Assembly (NCBI GenBank): GCA_964016885.1
Contig: OZ024743.1
Location: 149,916,001 to 149,980,000 of the forward strand
Direction: 5' to 3'
DNA from: Eledone cirrhosa
Lineage: Eukaryota
DNA length: 64,000 nt
Positions 26,215 to 41,559 of the stretch are shown here, in pieces. Numbering within the stretch: the first letter of the stretch is position 1; the number at the start of each line of letters is the position of its first letter. A model generated the notes under the pieces. The model ran no database searches, had not been told where the DNA came from, and was given only the letters and a program-made list of their open reading frames with translations. Position numbers and translations under genes: made by a program.

Positions 26215-27030
26215 GTGTAGGACATAATCAATAATATCTTGAGCCCAGTATGTGTTTTATAAACTGGTAATTATTTTATGAACCTTTGAAGGATAAAAGA
26301 AAGGTTGCTTCGTATGATTTGAATTCAGAATATAAACATACCATAGAGTAAGAAAGCAAGTGTATGAATGCAGCACAACATGTCACATGAATTTTATTCT
26401 ATTCAATTAGCTTCAGGTGTTGCCAGAGCTTTAGACTAATAAAGTATATATTACTTTGATGTCAAGAGCTGACAAACTAACTACATGTGGAGTAGTGTCA
26501 AAAAGGTTTACAGTTAGAATAGCTATTTAGTAGTAATTATCAGCACTATTCAGAGCTGAGGGGATTCATTCATAAAATGAAAACAAGTTCAAGTATTTGT
26601 TGAAGCATTATATATTGTTGCTTGAAAGTATTAAAGTCATCTCAACAGTGTTAAATCAGCCAAGTCAACTGGCTGACACAAATTTTTTACCTAGCTGATG
26701 TAGATCTAATTCTAAATCTATACCTTCTAACTAACTCAGAAATTGTCTCTGTTGGATGTCCCTTATATCATGAAGTCAAGTCATAACAACATGTTTTCAA
26801 TTAATGGGATCTCTTTTTAAAGAGATTATTTAATTACAGTAAACATGTACTTAACAACCCAGAAACTCAGACATGCATAGACACATGTATATGCTTTTCT
26901 ATATATTATGTGCGTATATGATATATGTTTATATCTCTATGTACAAATACATAATTTTTTCTCTCACAACCCTACCCCAAAATAAAATAATAGTAAACAA
27001 ACAAACCCCTATATATATATATATATATAT

Positions 27031-27330
27031 AGGCCTTGCAATCGAAAGGTTGTGAGTTCAATTCTCAGACCGGGTGATGTGTTGTTTCCTTGAGCAAGTC
27101 ACTTTATTTCACATTGCTCCAGTTTACTCAACCGTAGAAATGAGATGATAGGGACTGGGTCCATATCATTCCACTGCAAAGTGGTCGTGGAGGTGCCACG
27201 GCAAAAAAGCACCCAGCACTCACTGTAAATGAGGTTTGTGTTAGGAAAGGCATCCAGCTGTAGAAATCAAGCCAGAATCAGTTCCCATCCCACCCTTGCA
27301 AGCAGGGAAAAGTGGACGTAAAATGAAATG
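27031..27330 (+). mobile_element. tRNA-derived SINE with RTE-derived 3' tail (5'-truncated)
   Basis: Near-identical to 44819-45151. Confidence 0.85.
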
Positions 27331-30108
27331 TTAAAATGTAAAAATGTATATGGTAAATAGGCAGTCATTGTGGTGTTGGATAGAGGGTTTTGCAGTGTAT
27401 ATTCTGACTCTGCACTATGAGTTAATTTCTGAAGCCAATTTTGTTTACATCCTTTCAGGGTTGATAAATATATATATAAATACAAACCTATGTTAAATAA
27501 TTTATTTATTGAATGCTGTACATAAGAAATTTCCAATTTATTGAAATTCTTCTACAGTTTAGAGACAGAAAACGTATCAGTAATTATTTGCAATTTTCGA
27601 AAAGAAATTGGTTAAAGAATAACTTTTTCTAGTCTATCTTTTCTGCTTTTCCTTAATTCTTATTCTTTATCTTTGATAGGTATATCACATCGTTTCATAT
27701 TAGAAAATTAAGCCAGAACATATCTCCCAGTATACTATTGATATCTCTAAACTTTCCCAAAATCATATTTCAGTCTGTTGAATTTCACATCATAGATCCC
27801 GAAAAAATATTCACCTTAAGTCTCTGTTTATGTGTAATGATTCTATGCTATATAACACTGAGTTTCTGACAAATGCATCATTTATGGTTATATTTATTAT
27901 GAATGCAGAGAGAAAGAACCTTAATTTCACCAACTACAAAAGTATTAGTCCAGCTACAGTTACAATTATAGACATATAATATCAAGGCACAGCATTTCGT
28001 AGAAGTCATGGTTTATAAACTGTTGCTGCAGTGTAAACAGACCTTGAACATTCTATATAATCTTTGCAATTATATATTAAACTCAGGTTGTTGCTAATAA
28101 CTTTGTTTGTCATTTTATCTCCCCTTAAGTATCAACAACATTTAACTCTGTTTCCTGAATTATTTGGTCCTGTTTGGCTAATTTATGTTTCCCTAACATC
28201 ATTTTCTATCCTACCTTCACCCTCTCCAAATTACCATTACTAACTGCAGGGGATATAGATGAGAAAAAGAATTCAGATAGAACTGCATCACACTTTGTTT
28301 AAGCTAACACAGACTTCTTATCAGCTAATTTTCTAATCAATACAAAACTTATTGGAGGGATATGCAACAAAAATAAATAAATAGATAGCTATCACAAGTG
28401 AGATAAAGAAAAAATAAAGAAAGGTTTCTCCACCAAAACTTCCAAGAAGTAAAAAAAAAAAGAGAAAAATTTTCAAAAAAACCCAAGCTAAAAAAATAAT
28501 AGGATTTGAAAATGAACTTGCTTCAAGCAAATAACAATAATACAATCCCAAGCTTTTTAAAGGATCATAGAAGTGGCACCTGTGATGATTATGTAAGTTA
28601 TATTGGTAATCAAATTGGGCACAGTCTTTGACAAATCTCTACCCTCATCTTCGCATAGTTTATTTATTTACCAATCACCAAAATCTTAACACAAAGTGGT
28701 TCTTTTGCTATATAGAATATATAGCAATGTAGACAGTAGGTATACAAAACTAGCTGGTAGGAGAGGGGGTTATGATGAAAGTTAAAAAAAAGGAAAACAA
28801 ATATAGAGCAAGCCCAATATAAAAAACAATAAATTGCATGGTAAACAAACCAGAATCTTTTTACTGAAATGGATTTATTCTTTTTGTAAAGTTGCTATTC
28901 GAGCAATTTTCTCTTTACTGTGTTCACAGGGAAAAAGTATTATTAGCCTGCTATCTACAATAGAAATCATGTTAGGGTGAAACGCTTTACTGTTTTTACT
29001 AGGCAATTAAAGATACCTTAATTCTATTGTCTTCTACTGCTGAATGTTCTACAGATTTCATTTACTGTTCTATCTAATTAGAAAATGTGTTAGTCTACAT
29101 AATTTTATTATCCTTTTTCATTTTTTTAAATCTTTTTTTAATGTTTTTTTTTTCTTTTTACATTTATATTTTACTTTGCGAATGTGTCTGGGGAAGACAA
29201 TAACATAAAAAGGCTGATAAATACGTGAACAAATTTCATTTCAACAAATTTAATTCTATTGTACTCTTAAATGTTTGAAATAGCCTTATGTAGATGTGAT
29301 GGTAGTGAGTATGCTTGTGATTTAACACTGAAATAAATAGAATATAGTTATAGAAGGCACTCACTTACATATGTAGAGCATAGACACGTTATAGTTTAAA
29401 TGTGTTGTAAAGGACACAGGTCTATATAATATATATTTGATTTTCTTTTTGATATTTTGGCTATCCTTTCCAGATATTGCATTGTAAAATAATATAATTC
29501 CTTTGATTTTTTCTGAACTTGTAAATGAAGAATTTTCTTTATTATACATCGGCTTATTTAGACAAGTGTTCTGAATGTTATAGTCATAATGTTTTAGCAA
29601 TTGTACTCATCCCTTAGCTTCTTCAGGTGCCTGCCATATTCAGTAATGTTCACAGAATTTCAGACTAAACCTTTTATTCAATCCACTGGAGTTGATTGTT
29701 CTCATTCTGCTGTCTATACCTGGGATATCCTTATGTTAGTTACTATTTACTTGTGTAAGTAGTATATATGAATACACTGTATGACGGATAATTAGGTAAT
29801 GGGAATTAGGAGCTTTAAACTTAATTTTATGGTCCTTTCTTTGTTGAGTAAAGACTCCAATATGGTAATCATATCTATCCTATGATTACTAAGGGGGTTA
29901 TTTAAGCCAAGAATAATCACTAATTCTTTCAATCATCTTATCTTTCAATGTTGTTTTCCACTATTGTCTTAACTTTGTTCCACAAGGCTTGGTGACTCCC
30001 AACATTATCAGCCATGCACGATTTCCTTATTTCCCCATGAATTACAACTCCCTCCCCAAATAAGCTATGATGTATCAACACCTAACTTAGATATGAAATA
30101 TGCCTTAA

Positions 30109-30329
30109 CCTTTTAGCATTTACATTACTCTATATTTACTATTGTATTTTCACAGTAAAGGCTTTACTTCACATAATCATCTCACATAATATCGAATCTA
30201 CAAGATTTTGATATTATTTATTTTGAGAACAATACCTTAACGTCAGTATGAGCAGTCGGTTATGGTTAGTTTGGATAGAAAGAGGTGAGAGAATTCTGGC
30301 CGGATATGGCCGGTTTAAATGCTAAAGTG
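30109..30329. mobile_element. TTAA-specific MITE (piggyBac- or Kolobok-type)
   Basis: TTAA on both sides; TIRs ccttttagcattta / taaatgctaaagtg. Confidence 0.7.
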
Positions 30330-32587
30330 TTAAAAGACTTCTTCGTGTGGTGCTCTTTAGACATGGCCTTCGGTCAATTCTGGCCAAAACCTATCAAAAT
30401 TATATATGTGCATGAGTGGATAGAGCATAACCAAATCGCTAAGGATTTTGTTTCACAATCAATAAATACCTAGTTCCATCCCAGTGTGTGGCATCTTGGG
30501 TAAGACTCATTTACTATAACCTTGTGAGTGAAATTGGGTAGTCTTGCTACACTCTGTGTCACACTGAATCTCCCTGAGAATTATTTTAGTTATAAATATG
30601 CTCATGACTGTGGAATGCTCAGCCACATAAATGTTGCTTTCATGAGCAGGTCATACCTTTGATTGAACAACTGGAATGCTCATCATTGAAACCGACAGAG
30701 GCCCATCGTGTGTGTGTGTGTGTGTTTGCATACATGTGTGTACATTCCTGAGCATATTTATAACTAAATGAAATAATTCAATCAACATTGCAATATGTCA
30801 ACTGGTATATATTCAAATGTTAGCTTTTAGAAAATGTTATTGTATATTTTCTTTCAACAAATATTTTTGTGTAGGTATTTGGTATACTTCCCATGAAATT
30901 GAGTGATGAAAGCCAAACAGTTTAATAGCATCTGCTCTAAGCGTTTTTAAACAACTTGACACATTGCTACTGCTCCTATCTCTCAGACTTTTGATGTTAA
31001 TCAGTTGGTAAATTAGTCAGTACGGTGCTGAGTAACCATCTGAAATACTTAAGTATTAGATTCAACTGTAAGTTTTGAAAGGATGTAAAATTTCAATACT
31101 CTTTTTTTCCAGAAAGAGGAAAATACTGTTACATTATCCATAGATTTTGTTCTAATAACAATTTGCTAGTGAAACTTTATTATTATTTTTCTTTTTTCTA
31201 GTGATATAGCCAGTACCAGACTTAGCTTGAAATAATAATATTGCATCTTTAGAGCATGTATACTGCAATGTGTTATTGCTGCTTTGTCTTGATAGATTTC
31301 AAGATTTAATTTTCTATATTGGAAGTGCCAAGAGCCATCTACAACATAAGTGACTTTTGCTGGGTGCCCATTTCTACTTCTGGTTATATTTGTCGATAGT
31401 TTCAATGATCCACAACATTTATGAATTATTTACTTTTTTCAATTTGCAATACTATATTACTAAACTTTTCAAATACATTTTCAGAAATTTTACTTACATT
31501 TTTATGATTTGTCATGCTTTCTAGGTAAAAATACTTAACTAAAATGTCTCACCTTGAAAGTTGTTTTTAAAGTTAAAATTGTGAGAATGGAAGAAACGGT
31601 GAAAATGTTCACGTCTGTAGAGAATTGGATTATATTTTTTGATTATTCTAAAGCTATGCAATGTGTTTGAATATGCTGTGTTTCACAATACCAGCTGAAA
31701 TTACTCATGTAGCATGTACAAGATGTTTCAAAAATACCAAGCAAACAATTTCCAGATGCTTAAAAAATACCTATTTTCTGTCATAACAACTCACTAAAAA
31801 GAACCATATTTTTAATGAGAAAAAAGAAAATAGAGAGTAGTTAATAGATCAGTATGAGAATTAACAAAGAAGAAAAGAAAAGAAAAAATAGATTTTTGAC
31901 AATATAGTTTACAGTAACTTCAAATTAGAGCAACTATAACACCTTCTCTGGTCACTTATTATTTAGCCCCAGGTCAGCTCTGATCAAACAAATGTTTCTA
32001 TTACCATCCAATCTTATTTTCAGACATAATGTATTCATGTTTTAAGATAGTAAGGTGGAATTTGAAGAAGACCTGGCTTTTATTACTATCATGTCAACTG
32101 CCCACATAGAGTCAAGGAAGAACCTTTACTTGCCTCACAGCTCTATTTGGCAGGCTTTTTCTTTGCCATATAATTCATATCCAGAGCCTGTCTGTTTGTT
32201 AATTCCACAAAAATAAAAAGAAAGAATGGAAATGTTTTGCCCTATTTGAACTCTCCATTTCTTTTTTTACATTGCAAAATGTGTATGAATGTGTTATTGC
32301 TATAGTTATTGATATTTGTGTCATTTCGGTAACTGTTTGTTTCTTTTACCTTTTACTGTTGATAAAAGCATGCTTGTTTTTATTTAATATTTTTGTGGTG
32401 GTCATGGTAGTGGGGTAAATGATGTAGCTATTTTGTTTGTTTACAAGTGGTAGAAAGGAAATTGTTTTCTCCCATATGGAAAAAAATAAATATTCTTCCA
32501 TTTTGTTTCACCTGGTAAAAAAAATATGATATGGAAGAGTTAAATGAAACACATCTGATTATCTCAGAGCATAATAATAATAATAAT

Positions 32588-32915
32588 AATTGTTTCTACT
32601 TTAGGCACAAGGCCAGCAATCACCCAGTGCATTACTGGTACTTTATTTTATCGACCCCGTAAGGATGAAAGGCAAAGTCAACCTCGGTGGGATTTGACTT
32701 TATAATAATAATAATAATAATAATAATGATGTCTAATTTGGGCACAAAGCCAGCAATTTTGTGGGTAAGGGAAAAGTTGATGAAACCAACCTCAGTACTT
32801 GAGTAGCACTTTATTTTATCAGCCTTGGGCGGATGAAAGCCAAGGTTGACCTTGGCAGGGTTTGAACTCAGATCATAAAGAGCTGGAAAAAATATGGTTC
32901 TGCCAATCCACCTCC
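32588..32915 (-). mobile_element. Two tandem Meta-SINE copies within (AAT)n tracts
   Basis: Homology to 51884-52110. Confidence 0.8.
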
Positions 32916-32916
32916 C

Positions 32917-32972
<56 letters not shown>

Positions 32973-33522
32973 GGTAGTAGTAGTAGTAGTTTTATTAATT
33001 TTCCTGCATATGCATCAAATAAATGGGACATTTGGAAGGACAAGTTATGTAGAGTGTGGGTGGCAATGAAGATGAAATGATAATTGATGATTAATTAAAA
33101 AATTACATGTTTAACATAAGCACAATCTTACGAATTTGGAGGTGCAGTCTGGCTGATTATATCCAAACCTAGTAATTGACTAATATATATTTTAATGAAA
33201 AGCTAAGCCAATCTCTGACAGAATTTATACTCTGAATGTAAAGGGACAAATATATATTTCAATACCTTTGTCCATTTCTCAACTAATTCAGACTGGAATC
33301 AGCATGTGTTATCATAATCACGTGCAATTATAAATGTAATATTGTTGTTGCTATTACTAATGATAATAAAAAATGAGAAAAATCATATCAAAGAGAATCT
33401 AAATATCACAGTATACAAATTTTCAAGCTAAACATTTTTTTGTATTTTTTTCAATTTATAGTAATGGATGGTTAACCATGTAAACTTAATGGATTATATA
33501 GATATTTTTAAAGACTCAAATC

Positions 33523-33599
<77 letters not shown>

Positions 33600-33710
33600 C
33601 TAGTAGTAGTAGTAGTAGCAGCAGCAGCAGCAGCAAGTACCTATTATTTTTTAAAACACTTTTTGACTGAATAAATGAAGACAGGGGAGTGAGGTGCATA
33701 TAGTAAGAAC

Positions 33711-33742
<32 letters not shown>

Positions 33743-34179
33743 TGTGTGGTTGTGTTTGTGTGTGTGATTGGAATAGTTGAAGAGGTAAAAGAAGTATGAG
33801 GGACTTCAATTTTCCATTTGAAGTTATTCCTTTCCCAATCAAATACTTAACAATTGATCCATTTTCATCATTTCATAGTGTCCTCTGGGGAATTCCTTCC
33901 CTAAGCCCTGTTCAATATTGTAGCTCCCACTCCACCCCTATCCTCTTACACTTAGTTTTCTCATTATTCATGGAAGCGAGACTATTTTGATAAGATCCCA
34001 AAGGGAGATCCAAGAAATTTGTTATTCAAAATAGAATAAAAACATAATATACTAAATAAATGATGATGATGGTGATGATAAGGAGGAGGATTGTAGTGTT
34101 TGATGATAATGATGATGGTGATGATATTAAAATTAAGCTGTAAATAAAATGTGTCACTGTTTATATTTTACCCTGCAAG

Positions 34180-34510
34180 GTGGTAGTGCTGGCATAATGC
34201 TAAAATGCACCCAGTCCTCTCTATAAAGTAGTAGTGCTGGTGCTATGACAAAATGCACCTCGTCAAACCTGTAAAGTGATAGTGCTGGTGCCATGATAAA
34301 ATGCACCTAGTCGACTCTGTTAATTGGTAGTGCAGTTTCATACACCTAGTACATACTGTAAAGTAGTTGGTGTCAAGAAGGGAATCCAGGCATAGAAACC
34401 ATGCCAAATTGGAATGCCTGAGCAAGATGTAGTCATCTGGCATGCTTATTCGCAAAATGTGATGATCCATCCAATCCATGCCAGGAAGGAAAATGGATGA
34501 AAAATAGTGA
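34180..34510 (+). mobile_element. Decayed RTE-type tail with amplified ~45-bp subrepeat
   Basis: Repeated aaaatgcacc..ctgtaaagt..tagtgctggtgc unit followed by gttggtgtcaagaagggaatccag. Confidence 0.65.
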
Positions 34511-36423
34511 TGATTATTACCATGATTCTAGATTTTGATAATAAGCTAATGAGAAGTCTTCTGTGTACAATTCATTCAACCTCATAATACAACAGAAAAT
34601 ATTTCTTCAAATATATCCCCTTTGTTTTAAGTTTTAAGGAGTCACTTGTTTTAATACCTTAAACTAGATATCCAAAACAGGTGGGGTATTCCATGGTTAG
34701 AAAGCTATATAATTCACTTTAAACATCATATAATTCACATGAAAATTGCACCTTTTCCCATGAACATACATGAAAATGCAGTATCTACAAAACCTCAATT
34801 CAAATATATGGTATATTGTATATATTGTATGCAAAAGGGAGGTGTGATTAAGTGAGACTTATATGTGAATATATATACAGTACTTTTTTTATATTAATCA
34901 AACTCTAATTTGAAATCCCATGACACTCTTTTTAAAATCATAAATAATACTCATACCTCTTGAGCATGGTAAAGTAAATATATACTTGTGTGTATGTGTG
35001 CATGAATGTAAGGAATACACTTTTGTTAGATCCCAGTCTAACTGTCACAAATTGTATAAAGATTTTAAACATACAACTTTTACCAGTTTCCAAAATGATA
35101 ATTACACTTGACAAAAACAATAGCCAGACAGACACACACACACTCACACAGAGACCTTATTATCATTTCATTTAACATCTGTTTTACAATGATTAGACAA
35201 ATCTGTCTGTGCCTGGTTATGTCAGTCCTCATACTAACAGTGTTTTTCTTTAAATTTATGTCTAAAAACAAGAGCCACAAATTGTAAGTTTTGTTTTCTG
35301 TTGGAATGTTTTGCTTGTCAACAAAACAGATGTTTAGTATATTTGTTACTTAACTTCAAAACCTGTAATTGTGGTTAAAGTTCTGCCCTCATTTTCAACC
35401 TAAAGTTTATTATTTCAAATGCAGCCACAGTTCTTTGTATTGCTTGTGTTTGCAAATAACATATTACCCACACTTTATTTAATCTACCTAGTTGAAAACA
35501 CAAATACCAATTGGAAGCATCCTACTGACAAACAATTCATAAAATATATTTAAATTTAGTATTAAATAATGAACCAGTATTAAAATATAAAAATCAACAT
35601 ATGAAGCAGCAGAAGAGTTAATACAAAGAAACAGTATTTTATATGTGTCAATGTAAACTGTGAGTAACAATAATCATAATGTTCTGTGTTGAAAACTATT
35701 AACATACATTTGGCTTCCAAATTTCTTATTTTTGTCTCATCATATTTGAAAATTAATTACAAAATTCCTTCCCTTCTTCTATGTCGTTCCTAAATAACTC
35801 AGTGATTCATTTGAGCTTAGAAAAGAGCTCCTTAAAAACTTTCGTGGAATGTTCTGCCTGTCAACAAACTAGATGTTTCATATAGTTGTTGCATTATTTG
35901 CAAGAGCCTTAACCGAGGTTAACTTTGCCTTTCATCCTTACGGGGTTGATAAAATAAAGTACCAGTAATGTACTGGGTAATTGTTGGCCTTGTGCCAAAA
36001 GTAGGAACAATTATTTAGAAGGGTTGTTGGACAAAGAATATTCTTAATCCATGCAATTCTATATTCTTCAACGACAGACACTTATGAAAACGATAGTCTT
36101 TGTATTGCTTTCAGATCCTTAGACTTTTTAGTCAAAGTTGTTTGTAAAGTATAACTTCTTTTAGAAAGGTATACTTTATAGGTGAAAAGATGGGAAATGG
36201 AAATATAGTGGACAGAGAAAGATATTTCTGCAAGGTTGTTGAACTGGTGTGTTTGTGTGTGTTTATATGTGTTGAGAGAGAGAGAGAGAGTTTTGATTAT
36301 TGATGCTACTCTGACAGATGAGAATGCTAATATACAAAAAATTGCACATAAACTATGAAGCAAACATTATCAGTGATAGTGTCAACCACCTAACAAAACA
36401 TATTTCTGTATAATATTCATATA

Positions 36424-36502
36424 CAGGGTATCCCCAAAAAATGTATTCACACTTTGATTACTTTGCTGTTGAAGTGTGCATACATTTTCTTGGGTTACCC
36501 TG
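36424..36502. mobile_element. 79-bp Tc1/mariner-type MITE
   Basis: TA on both sides; imperfect ~31-bp TIRs cagggtatccccaaaaaatgtattcacactt / aagtgtgcatacattttcttgggttaccctg. Confidence 0.75.
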
Positions 36503-37181
36503 TATTTCAGTTTACTACTTAACAACTAGAAATGTTTTTAAATAGTTTCAAACATAATAGATACAATCAATGTCTTTCTCAAAAATATTTCGATGATGAT
36601 GATGATGAAGACTATCTTCATGGTGACCACTACTTATTATAACTTTAATTATGATTAGAATTATCTTTATTTGGGTTATAGTTTCCTAATAAGTTAGAGT
36701 GTCTTAAGTCAGGAAAACAAAACAAAAACAATTATTACAGCAATAGATTTGAACCAAATTATTCAATTTCAGATTTAATTTCTTATTTTATTCAACCATC
36801 ATCATGATAATGACGATGGTCATTGTGATGAGGATGATGATGATGATGATAATAATACCAACTGCACTGTCACTGCCACAAATTCAAATAACAAAAGTAA
36901 TAAACAGCTGAAAATTCTTCGGTTATAAATTCAGAAGTTTCTTGAATGAAGTTTAATTGGTTGGAAGAGAATAATAGAATATGTGTTCTATATTGGTAAC
37001 TAACATTCTGGTATGTTTTGTAAATAAAGCTATTTTAGTTGCACTGTGGAATTTCTTATCGTTGATTATAATATTACTTTTATTGCTATCCTTGATAGTA
37101 ATGGTTCTTCAATCCAATGTAATATTATACATCATGTACCTGTAGGTATATATTTATTTATTTTCTGAGTCTAAATTTTAT

Positions 37182-37185
<4 letters not shown>

Positions 37186-37277
<92 letters not shown>

Positions 37278-37334
37278 TCTTATCACTCTTATGACTTAAC
37301 TAATCATCCTCAGAGATCATCTGCTGTTGTGCTG

Positions 37335-37380
<46 letters not shown>
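37186..37380. repeat. (CT)n tract followed by an oppositely oriented (GA)n tract
   Basis: Direct reading. Confidence 0.9.
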
Positions 37381-37384
<4 letters not shown>

Positions 37385-39662
37385 AAGGAAGACTAAAGAA
37401 GGAAGAAAAGTTTGGTGTCATAATGCATCATGAAATACATGAGAGAAAGGGGAATAAAGAAATAAAGAGAGAGTGAGTGAGTGACACAGGAAAAGAGATG
37501 TAAGCAGGGTAAAAGTAATAATGTTTACATTAAACAGACAACATTAATACAAAATTGGTTTCTAATTTCCTAACAACAGAAGGATTCCAATACTCAAATA
37601 TCCATCCATCTAGGAAATGTCTCGTCTCTTCAACTTTCATACATCCGTTGTCAGAGTTTTAAACTCTGTAGACATTTTCTCTGATGCTTTTGCAAAAGTC
37701 ATGCATGTGAATACCTTTTAATATATGTGTGAATCACCATCTATTTTATCATTGTGGGTTTACTAGTTAAAATAATATTGTATTTCATTCAACACTACAT
37801 GTAACATCACCTCGGACATGATGAGAATGAAGTATTTTTCATCTTGTAAATATAAACTTAACAAACATTATTTGTAGCTTCTCTGTGGAAGTTTTGTATA
37901 GGAAGGGTAGACTACATACATTTTATCTCTTAGAAAAAACAGTATGTTTGGCTTAACATTCATTATATTGAAGCTGGGCTAATGTCAACAAAATAAAATC
38001 AATTCTGAACTTTAAATGAGGTTGCTTTCATCATGGAACAGAATTATATATTTCTCGGATAAGCAGGGCTGACAAATATTCTTAATTTGCTGTAGGCTTT
38101 TATATAGAAATTTAACTTTCTGGATTTCAAAGTCCCAAATATATTTAGACAAGGTTGTTTGATTTTCTGGCTGGAGTGTTAAATATATATTTGTGTGATT
38201 AGGCCTCAGTTTGAAAGGGTTGTCATTAAACTAATATAATTTTTGACAGTTGGAACATTGTAGACATTTTTGCATAATATATGAATATATGATGGAGCTA
38301 GCTAAACAATTGTGATTTAAAGCATATTATGATATTGATGCATCTACATAGTGTATAGAGCTAGAAATTGTTGAAGTTATAAGTTTTCTTTTTTCTTTTA
38401 ATGTTAGATAAAAATGTGGCACTTTTTTAAGTAATGGAATAGCTAACTTTAATACAATGTCAATCATTGATCATGCTGTCAGCATATGCTTTAACAAAAT
38501 GTAGGACTATTAACTTTAAAAAAGTGTTGGCTATATTAGTGCATTATCAAAACTATATATTATATTTAGATAAGATTTTTTAAATATTGTTTATGAATTT
38601 GGGGCCCCAGTTTAAGTACATTTTTGACATTTGAATAGGTGCTTACGTTATATATGAAGCATGGAGGAAAACAAACTAAAGAAAACAGTGAAAGAATGAA
38701 GTCTTATCTATCTGGTCACTTCATATCTACAATAATAATATCTGAAAGAAGAATAAGTAATAGCTTTATTCAGTGTATGTTTCACTTCTTGTTTGATAAT
38801 AACTACATATATTATTTCTTCCAATATTTTTTATATCTGTTTATATTGATTAATATTGTTTGCACTCATTCACTGCCATCATATTTTACACACACAGGCA
38901 CACACATACATGCACACACACACATACGTGCATGCACACACACACACACTTTGTATGCACACACAAGAATCACAAAACATGATATATACACTGTTTGAAA
39001 CAGATTGTTTACTAAGAACATTTTTTTCTGCTGGTTTTATATATTGTAGTCTGATTATCCAGAATACCATATCAGATGCTTTGATTCATTGTTTCTTCCT
39101 GGCTGCTCAGAACTTTATATATGTTCATTCAGTGACTGTATGTGTAGCTAAAATATGCAATACCATGTAATATTTTCCCACAAAATATCATATGGGATGC
39201 CCAATGAATTATTAGGAAACTGCTAGCTGTTGTATAATTATTTAAAGCATATTGTTAATTGGCTCATGTCATCACATATAGAGGTTATCTATATCATCAT
39301 CACCGTTTTACGTCCATTTTCCACACTAGCGTGGGTTTTGATAAGTTATCCTATTGTGGGCAATACTAGGCCAGGTGACCATGTCTTGTTCATACGGAAC
39401 TGATTTCTGCTTTGTTTCTACAGCTAGATGCCCTTCCTAACGCCAACCTCATTTACATTGAGTACTGGGTGCTATATCATTTCCGTTTAATGTCAATTTT
39501 TCCATGCTTGCATGGATTAGTCAAATATATTTCTAAATAATTATTTCTTAAAGTTGTTTTTTTCTGCTGATCAAATCTGGTTGATTTCATGACCAGCTCC
39601 ACTCAGGCACTTCTAACTTACTTGTCTCTCTTCCAAAGTTCCAAACTAACTATTGTACTCAC

Positions 39663-39822
39663 TTCTTCCTCCTCAAAATGGCAGCACTCTGGAATTCTCC
39701 CACTGCTCTTGTCTTTCCTACACATTATGACTTGCAACGATTTGAGTGAAACATCGACTGTATCAATCTCATTGGTCTCAGAAGGCCTATAAAGGTCACA
39801 GGCACTGCCTCTTCCTTCAGAC
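39663..39822 (-). other. Candidate 160-nt internal exon of an unidentified minus-strand transcript
   Basis: Acceptor ttttctttttctattttcatttgtcag|G, donor GAA|gtgagt (alternative CAA|gtaagt at 39622); one frame open (SEGRGSACDLYRPSETNEIDTVDVSLKSLQVIMCRKDKSSGRIPECCHFEEEE); peptide not recognised. Confidence 0.35.
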
Positions 39823-41559
39823 CTGACAAATGAAAATAGAAAAAGAAAATGGCATTCAAGTTATGACATATATTATTTTGGCCTTCACACTTTTCCCAGA
39901 CATAGTAGTGATTGTTAATAATATTAGTTGGGAATCAACAAAAACTGCTAACTTTTAAAACATATATAGCATCATCATTTTATAAAGACTATATTGTAGC
40001 ATTTAAAAAACATTTTCAATTTATTTTCTCGTTTTTGTTCAAAAATATAAAATAAAGAATAATTTCTTTTTTAAATCTCCACACTTATTAAACTCTAATC
40101 TTGACATACAAGAATGTCATAGTTGTTCAATATTTCTCACTACCCTCTACTACAAAATAAATTTTTCATTTCTTACCCCTAAAATTTCTAGGGGAAAAAA
40201 AATATATATTCATCAAAATCCTCAATCAGGAAATAAATAACCTTTTAATATGTACACATGAGTAACTCTGGTATTTAGAAGGGTTTTCTTTCATTTCCAA
40301 GGATTGTTTCTTAACTGCAGAGTGGAAATTAATTTGTTAATTCTAGATTAAGAACTTTTATAATAATTTCTTTTTTCTTTTACTACCCTGAGTAACATTT
40401 TACTTGATAATTATTCAGAGAGTTTTATGACTGCTAAAATGTGAGGCATGTGTTTAAGTGGCAATGAAGATATTTCATTACACATTTGCACAGTAAGCTT
40501 GCTTCTCTTTTGAGTTTAAATTTAAATTAAATTTTTATGTTTGCTTTTGAAGCATTAATATTCCTTTAGAATGTAGTTCCTTTCTATTCTTCATATGAAT
40601 TAATGATAAAACAACGATTTTCCCTTACAAAAATAATATAAAATTAATGTTGTCTTTTTAAGAAAGATAGCATGACATAACATAATTTCATCATGACCAT
40701 GACACTTGCTTTTATAAGCTGGCATGGGTTGGATGAGATTTTTTGAGGCTGTATTCTGTGGCTAGATGTACCTCCTGACACCAATTCTTACTTATTTTTA
40801 ACCTGAACTTAACCCATTAAACCACTAAAATGCAAGGCATATTGTTTATGTAGTACTAAATTCTTCAGTAGAGTCAACATGAAGAGACAAACACGCACAC
40901 ACATGCACACACACATATGGTGAGCTCTTTCACAGTTTCTATCTGGTAATTTCATCCACAAAACATTAGTCAGCCCAAGACCATAGTAGAAGAACATTTT
41001 CCCAAGGTGCCATGCTATGGAATCAAACCAAAACCACATGATTCCAAAATGAGCTACATAACCACCAAGCATGCCGGTAACTATAATCACTAATATACTA
41101 CTATAAACCTATGCACCTTTATCATCCTCCATTACTCTCAGGTCAACTTTGTCTTTCAATATTCCAGGGCCAATAAAATAAAATACCAGTTAAGTACTGG
41201 GGTAAATATAATTGACTTTCCCCTTCCCTCAAATTGCTGGCCTTTTACCAATGCTAAAATCAATTATTACTGAGTGACTTACTGTACTAGATTAGCAGTA
41301 TTGGTAGGGCATTGAATAAAAATGCTTTGCAGTATTTTAATTGGACTTTCTATGTTCTGAGGTCAAATTTGCCTTTTATCCTTCGATAAAATAGAGCAGC
41401 AGTTGAGTGCTGGGGTTCATATAATCGTCTTTCCCCCTGTGCCAATGTCAAAAAGAATTATTACTGAGTGGCAGATTCAACCTATGAATCAACAGATCAA
41501 TAATCAAATGTAATGAAGCTGTGACCATCCTGAATTTTTTGCATATCTAGGTCTATTTT

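Noticed and set aside
28563-28592. 30-nt plus-strand micro-exon (DHRSGTCDDY) with gtaagt donor
   Set aside because: Weak acceptor, no recognisable homology, expected by chance
34180-34370. CRISPR-like spaced repeats
   Set aside because: Tandem subrepeats of a retroelement tail in eukaryotic DNA; no unique spacers or cas genes
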